Source: Candidatus Gottesmanbacteria bacterium RIFCSPLOWO2_01_FULL_42_22 (GTDB taxonomy: Bacteria > Patescibacteriota > Microgenomatia > 2-02-FULL-39-11). From it: DNA of 64,000 nt. The stretch lies in the NCBI GenBank assembly GCA_001779315.1, contig MFJU01000001.1:6258-70257 (forward strand), given 5' to 3'. How positions within the stretch are numbered: position 1 is the first letter of the stretch; every line of letters begins with the position of its first letter. A program made the position numbers and the translations under genes. Positions 60,685 to 64,000 of this stretch are shown here, one piece after another. Under the pieces are notes generated by a model, which worked only from the letters and a program-made list of their open reading frames with translations, searched no databases and was not told the DNA's origin.

Positions 60685-63045
60685 ATGGTTTTAATTATTT
60701 TATTAATACTAATTTTTTCTCTTTTTATTCCTACTAAAGTCTGGTCAGTTTTTGTTCCTGAAAATTCTCCTATTTTATCAAAAGGATCTACTTGGGACAA
60801 AACGAATGTTTATGGTCCCTCAGTAATATTTGATGATAATAATATCTATAAATTATGGTATACAGGGTATGATGGTTATAAAGCTCAAATTGGGTATTCT
60901 AGCTCTGATACTTACCTAAATTTTTCACCTAATCCGGTTTCTCCAATTATCCCAGGTACAATTATATATCAGTATGATGGAGGTGTAGAACATCCAAGTG
61001 TCCTTAAAATATCAAATAGCTTATATAAAATGTGGTTTCATCGTGCTAAATCAAGTTTTAATAGCTTCGAACTATATTACGCAGAATCTACAAATGGCAC
61101 AATTTGGACAAATTACACTAAGCTTTTATTTACTAATCAAACAACATGGGATCAATATAGTCAAACAGCACCATCAGTTATATACGATGAGAATGATGAA
61201 AATATGAAATATAAAATGTGGTATACAGGTTCAGGATATTTTAATAATGAGCCTAGAATGTGGAGAATAGGTTTTGCATATTCTAATGATGGAATTAATT
61301 GGACTAAAAACGTAGAACCAGTATTAATAGCTGATCAATATTGGGAAGACAAGAGAGAATTAACAGGAGTAGCAAATCCTCATGTACTAAAAATTTCTGA
61401 CAAATATCACATTTGGTACCATAGCAATGAAAAAATAGGTTATGCTGCTTCAAGCGATAGTGGAATGACTTGGAATAAATATATCGATCCAATACTTTCT
61501 GCTAAATCTGGAACATATTATAGCTCGTCTGTATGGGATCCATATGTTGTATATTATGATAATAAATTTTATCTATTTTTTTCCGCATTTAGTTCAAGCT
61601 CTAAACATATTGGTGTAGCTACCGATACTTCATTACCTGAAGTTGAAAAACCGACGGAGACGCCGACGGCGACTCCGACGGTGACGCCGACGGCCACTCC
61701 GACTCCTACCATTCCTAAAAATTCTCCGATTATCATTATTCCCGGATTGGGAGCATCCTGGAATTCCAAAGACATTATATCCTGTGATACAGGACAGTCC
61801 GGAAAATGGAGTAAAACTCCGTTTGTTACCGTCTATGACCGCCTGATTAAAACTTTGCAGAAAAATGCCAAGTTAAATCAAAATAAAGATTTTTATGTCT
61901 ATTATTATGACTGGCGCCTGCCAATAAACGATCAGACCAAAAAACTTAAGACATTTATTAATAAAGTAACTTCAAAATCGAAAGCGAGACTGATCGGCCA
62001 CAGTCTCGGAGGTTTATTAATCAGAGGCTATCTGACGGATTACCCTCAGGATGATAAGGTTTATAAAGCAATGACTATCGGTACCCCTCATTTAGGTACA
62101 ATTCTAAGTTACCCATTGTGGGAAAACGGAGAAATCTGGTTTGATGATCTGGCTACCAAAATTCCCATAACGCAGCTTATAAATTATTGCCGGGTAGTGA
62201 AAACTGTCATGAATCTGGGTACTGTTACTAACGGTCTGGTCAATATTGACGTTAATACTTATAAACTGATGAGTCCGCGCGAAACAATTGTGGCTCTCTC
62301 CCCTTCCATAGAATCCCTTTTGCCTGGTTTTGATTATTTAAAATTAGACGGCCAGACAGTTCCCTTTTCATCATTAAAATCACAAAATATTTGGCTTCAA
62401 AACCATCCCCCGGATGATCTCCGCACAAAATTAATTACTGACACCATCTCCGGATCCGGCTTTGATACCCTCAGATATCTTGAAATCGAACCGGCTCCGG
62501 CAAAGGATATACAAGCCGGCAACTGGCTTGACGGAAAACCGGTCAACCGGGAAAAAGATGAATCAGGTGACGGAACAGTCCTGTCTATGAGCAGCCAGTT
62601 GAATAGTGCAGATAATCAGGTGTTAAACGCTGATCATGTCCAAATAGTCTATTATGATGAAGCACTAAAGAAAATTCTTGAGTTTCTCAATCTCAAGGAA
62701 ATTTCCCCTTTTGGAATACAGGCTGTACCGGAAGCTGATGCTGATACTGCCATAACTTTGATGTCCGATAAAGATGCGGTTATTGAAGCAGTTAAACCTG
62801 ATAATCAGAAAGTTATCGGTCAGGATAATCTATTGGCTTTATTTAATCCTTTGAAAGGGAATTACAAATTGAAAATAAAAGGAAGCCAAAACGGACAGGC
62901 AGTCTTGCAGACAAGCTGGTTTAGTAAAACCGGAGGAATTGAAACCGATACCTATGCTTTAAAACTTAAGAAGAATAAGTGGAATAACTATCTTCTTCTC
63001 TATATGCCTGAAAGCCAAAATAAACTGCTTATGGTTCCGAATTAA
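60685..63045 (+). CDS. Secreted modular protein: beta-propeller glycosidase-like domain, Pro/Thr linker, alpha/beta hydrolase
   Basis: Signal peptide; repeated PSV..YKMWY.G..IG.A.S.DG..W blades; PTETPTATPT; IIIPGLGAS, YDWR, GHSLGG, GTPHLG, GDGTV. Confidence 0.8.
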   Translation: MVLIILLILIFSLFIPTKVWSVFVPENSPILSKGSTWDKTNVYGPSVIFDDNNIYKLWYTGYDGYKAQIGYSSSDTYLNFSPNPVSPIIPGTIIYQYDGGVEHPSVLKISNSLYKMWFHRAKSSFNSFELYYAESTNGTIWTNYTKLLFTNQTTWDQYSQTAPSVIYDENDENMKYKMWYTGSGYFNNEPRMWRIGFAYSNDGINWTKNVEPVLIADQYWEDKRELTGVANPHVLKISDKYHIWYHSNEKIGYAASSDSGMTWNKYIDPILSAKSGTYYSSSVWDPYVVYYDNKFYLFFSAFSSSSKHIGVATDTSLPEVEKPTETPTATPTVTPTATPTPTIPKNSPIIIIPGLGASWNSKDIISCDTGQSGKWSKTPFVTVYDRLIKTLQKNAKLNQNKDFYVYYYDWRLPINDQTKKLKTFINKVTSKSKARLIGHSLGGLLIRGYLTDYPQDDKVYKAMTIGTPHLGTILSYPLWENGEIWFDDLATKIPITQLINYCRVVKTVMNLGTVTNGLVNIDVNTYKLMSPRETIVALSPSIESLLPGFDYLKLDGQTVPFSSLKSQNIWLQNHPPDDLRTKLITDTISGSGFDTLRYLEIEPAPAKDIQAGNWLDGKPVNREKDESGDGTVLSMSSQLNSADNQVLNADHVQIVYYDEALKKILEFLNLKEISPFGIQAVPEADADTAITLMSDKDAVIEAVKPDNQKVIGQDNLLALFNPLKGNYKLKIKGSQNGQAVLQTSWFSKTGGIETDTYALKLKKNKWNNYLLLYMPESQNKLLMVPN

Positions 63046-63077
63046 GAAGGATAACCGCTTTATTATTTCCTTGATAG

Positions 63078-63151
63078 TGGCCGCTGAGGGATTTGAACCC
63101 CCGACCCCTGCAATGTGAATGCAATGCTCTAGCCAACTGAGCTAAGCGGCC
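63078..63151 (-). tRNA. tRNA-Val(CAC)
   Basis: Reverse complement GGCCGCT/AGCGGCC-A, anticodon arm TTGCA-TTCACAT-TGCAG, TTCAAAT loop. Confidence 0.95.
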
Positions 63152-63223
63152 TTTTCCACTGAATATTATAGCTAAATAGTGCTTGCAGTGCTACCTTGGG
63201 TTTACCTATAATTAGAAAATATC

Positions 63224-63904
63224 ATGAATAAGCCGCATGTGGTAATAAATACTGATGACAGAAAGCCCCAATCTGACGTGACGGTAAATGATTATGTCGA
63301 AAAAGAGGTTGAAGACGACTCTAAGCAAGAGTTTTTCCTCGTCAAGATTTTCAGATCAGGAATAAATTTTGTCTTTGATTTCCTGGAAACCATTGTCGTA
63401 GCTTTATCTGTTTTTGTGGTCATTTATCTTTTTATTGTCCAGCCTCATGAAGTCAAAGGTTCCTCCATGGAGCCGACTTTCCAAAATAACGAATATATCA
63501 TCACTGATAAAATCAGCTACCGCTTCGGCAAACCCAACCGCGGGGATGTCGTTATTTTTAAAGCTCCGGTCAACCCGGACGTCGATTACATCAAAAGAAT
63601 TATCGGCCTACCCGGTGAAACGGTCATGGTCCAGAGCGGCCGGATCTATATTGACGGCAAAATGCTTAACGAACCTTATTTGGAAGATTTAACACCCATT
63701 TTTCCCGGCGGTTTTATCAAGGAGGGTGTAGTAGTTTCCATACCCGAGAACCATTATTTCGTCATGGGAGACAACAGGCCCCACAGCTCCGATTCACGTG
63801 AATTCGGCCCGATTGAAAAGAAACTGATTATCGGTAGGGCGGTTTTCCGCTATTGGCCAATCAATAACCTGGGATTGATTCCGGGCGCAAATTACAGATA
63901 CTAA
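63224..63904 (+). CDS. lepB: Signal peptidase I
   Basis: GSSMEPT, RGDVVIF, YIKRIIGLPG, GDNRPHSSDSR. Confidence 0.96.
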   Translation: MNKPHVVINTDDRKPQSDVTVNDYVEKEVEDDSKQEFFLVKIFRSGINFVFDFLETIVVALSVFVVIYLFIVQPHEVKGSSMEPTFQNNEYIITDKISYRFGKPNRGDVVIFKAPVNPDVDYIKRIIGLPGETVMVQSGRIYIDGKMLNEPYLEDLTPIFPGGFIKEGVVVSIPENHYFVMGDNRPHSSDSREFGPIEKKLIIGRAVFRYWPINNLGLIPGANYRY

Positions 63905-63917
63905 AATACTGGGGAAA

Positions 63918-63998
63918 TCAGGAATAAAGCTTAAGAAGCTGTTCGTAAAGTTTACGGATTTCGTCGGTAGTTTTTTCCGGTATGCCTTTAAGAGTAAT
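63918..63998 (-). CDS. Possible 3' end of a convergent gene entering from outside the window
   Basis: Open frame ITLKGIPEKTTDEIRKLYEQLLKLYS* from the window edge; too short to identify. Confidence 0.3.
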   Translation of the reverse strand: MTLKGIPEKTTDEIRKLYEQLLKLYS

Positions 63999-64000
63999 TT

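Noticed and set aside
61650-61710. CCGACG repeats as CRISPR-like or mobile repeat
   Set aside because: Encodes a Pro/Thr linker within a CDS
51643-63151. Integrative element at one of the tRNAs
   Set aside because: No integrase and no duplicated tRNA 3' end seen in the window

Overview
A gene-dense, AT-rich bacterial window with no CRISPR array, rRNA, prophage or transposase. By inference it comes from a Patescibacteria/CPR (Microgenomates-like) genome, judged from the truncated ATP synthase delta, MurT/GatD, PolX-PHP, LemA/HtpX, near-leaderless promoters and small palindromic insertions in genes. About 51 kb is almost all minus-strand. It holds a ~29 kb de novo nucleotide cluster: two archaeal-type PurP paralogues, purM, purD, purN, glyA, purF, class II purE, purC, purQ, purL, pyrG, pyrE, pyrF, pyrD, CAD-like pyrC, pyrB and carAB. 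That cluster is interrupted by aspA, a malic enzyme and an unusual AsnRS-like fusion. Next come the F1Fo ATP synthase operon, dnaE, a GGDEF gene and a glutamine/amide cluster (murT-gatD-GAF/ANTAR-glnA-asparaginase-like-gatCAB). The right part carries 4 tRNAs, an FMN riboswitch over a DMT transporter and riboflavin kinase, a surface-glycosylation cluster, a glycosidase-like/esterase fusion and lepB. The best-supported find is a complete ANTAR antitermination switch in the glnA leader: promoter, two AxxGxx hexaloop hairpins and an overlapping terminator, directly downstream of a GAF-ANTAR gene. Also notable are small palindromic elements inserted in-frame in GatB and CarA and into the FMN riboswitch. 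All calls are by-eye motif recognition; no searches were run.
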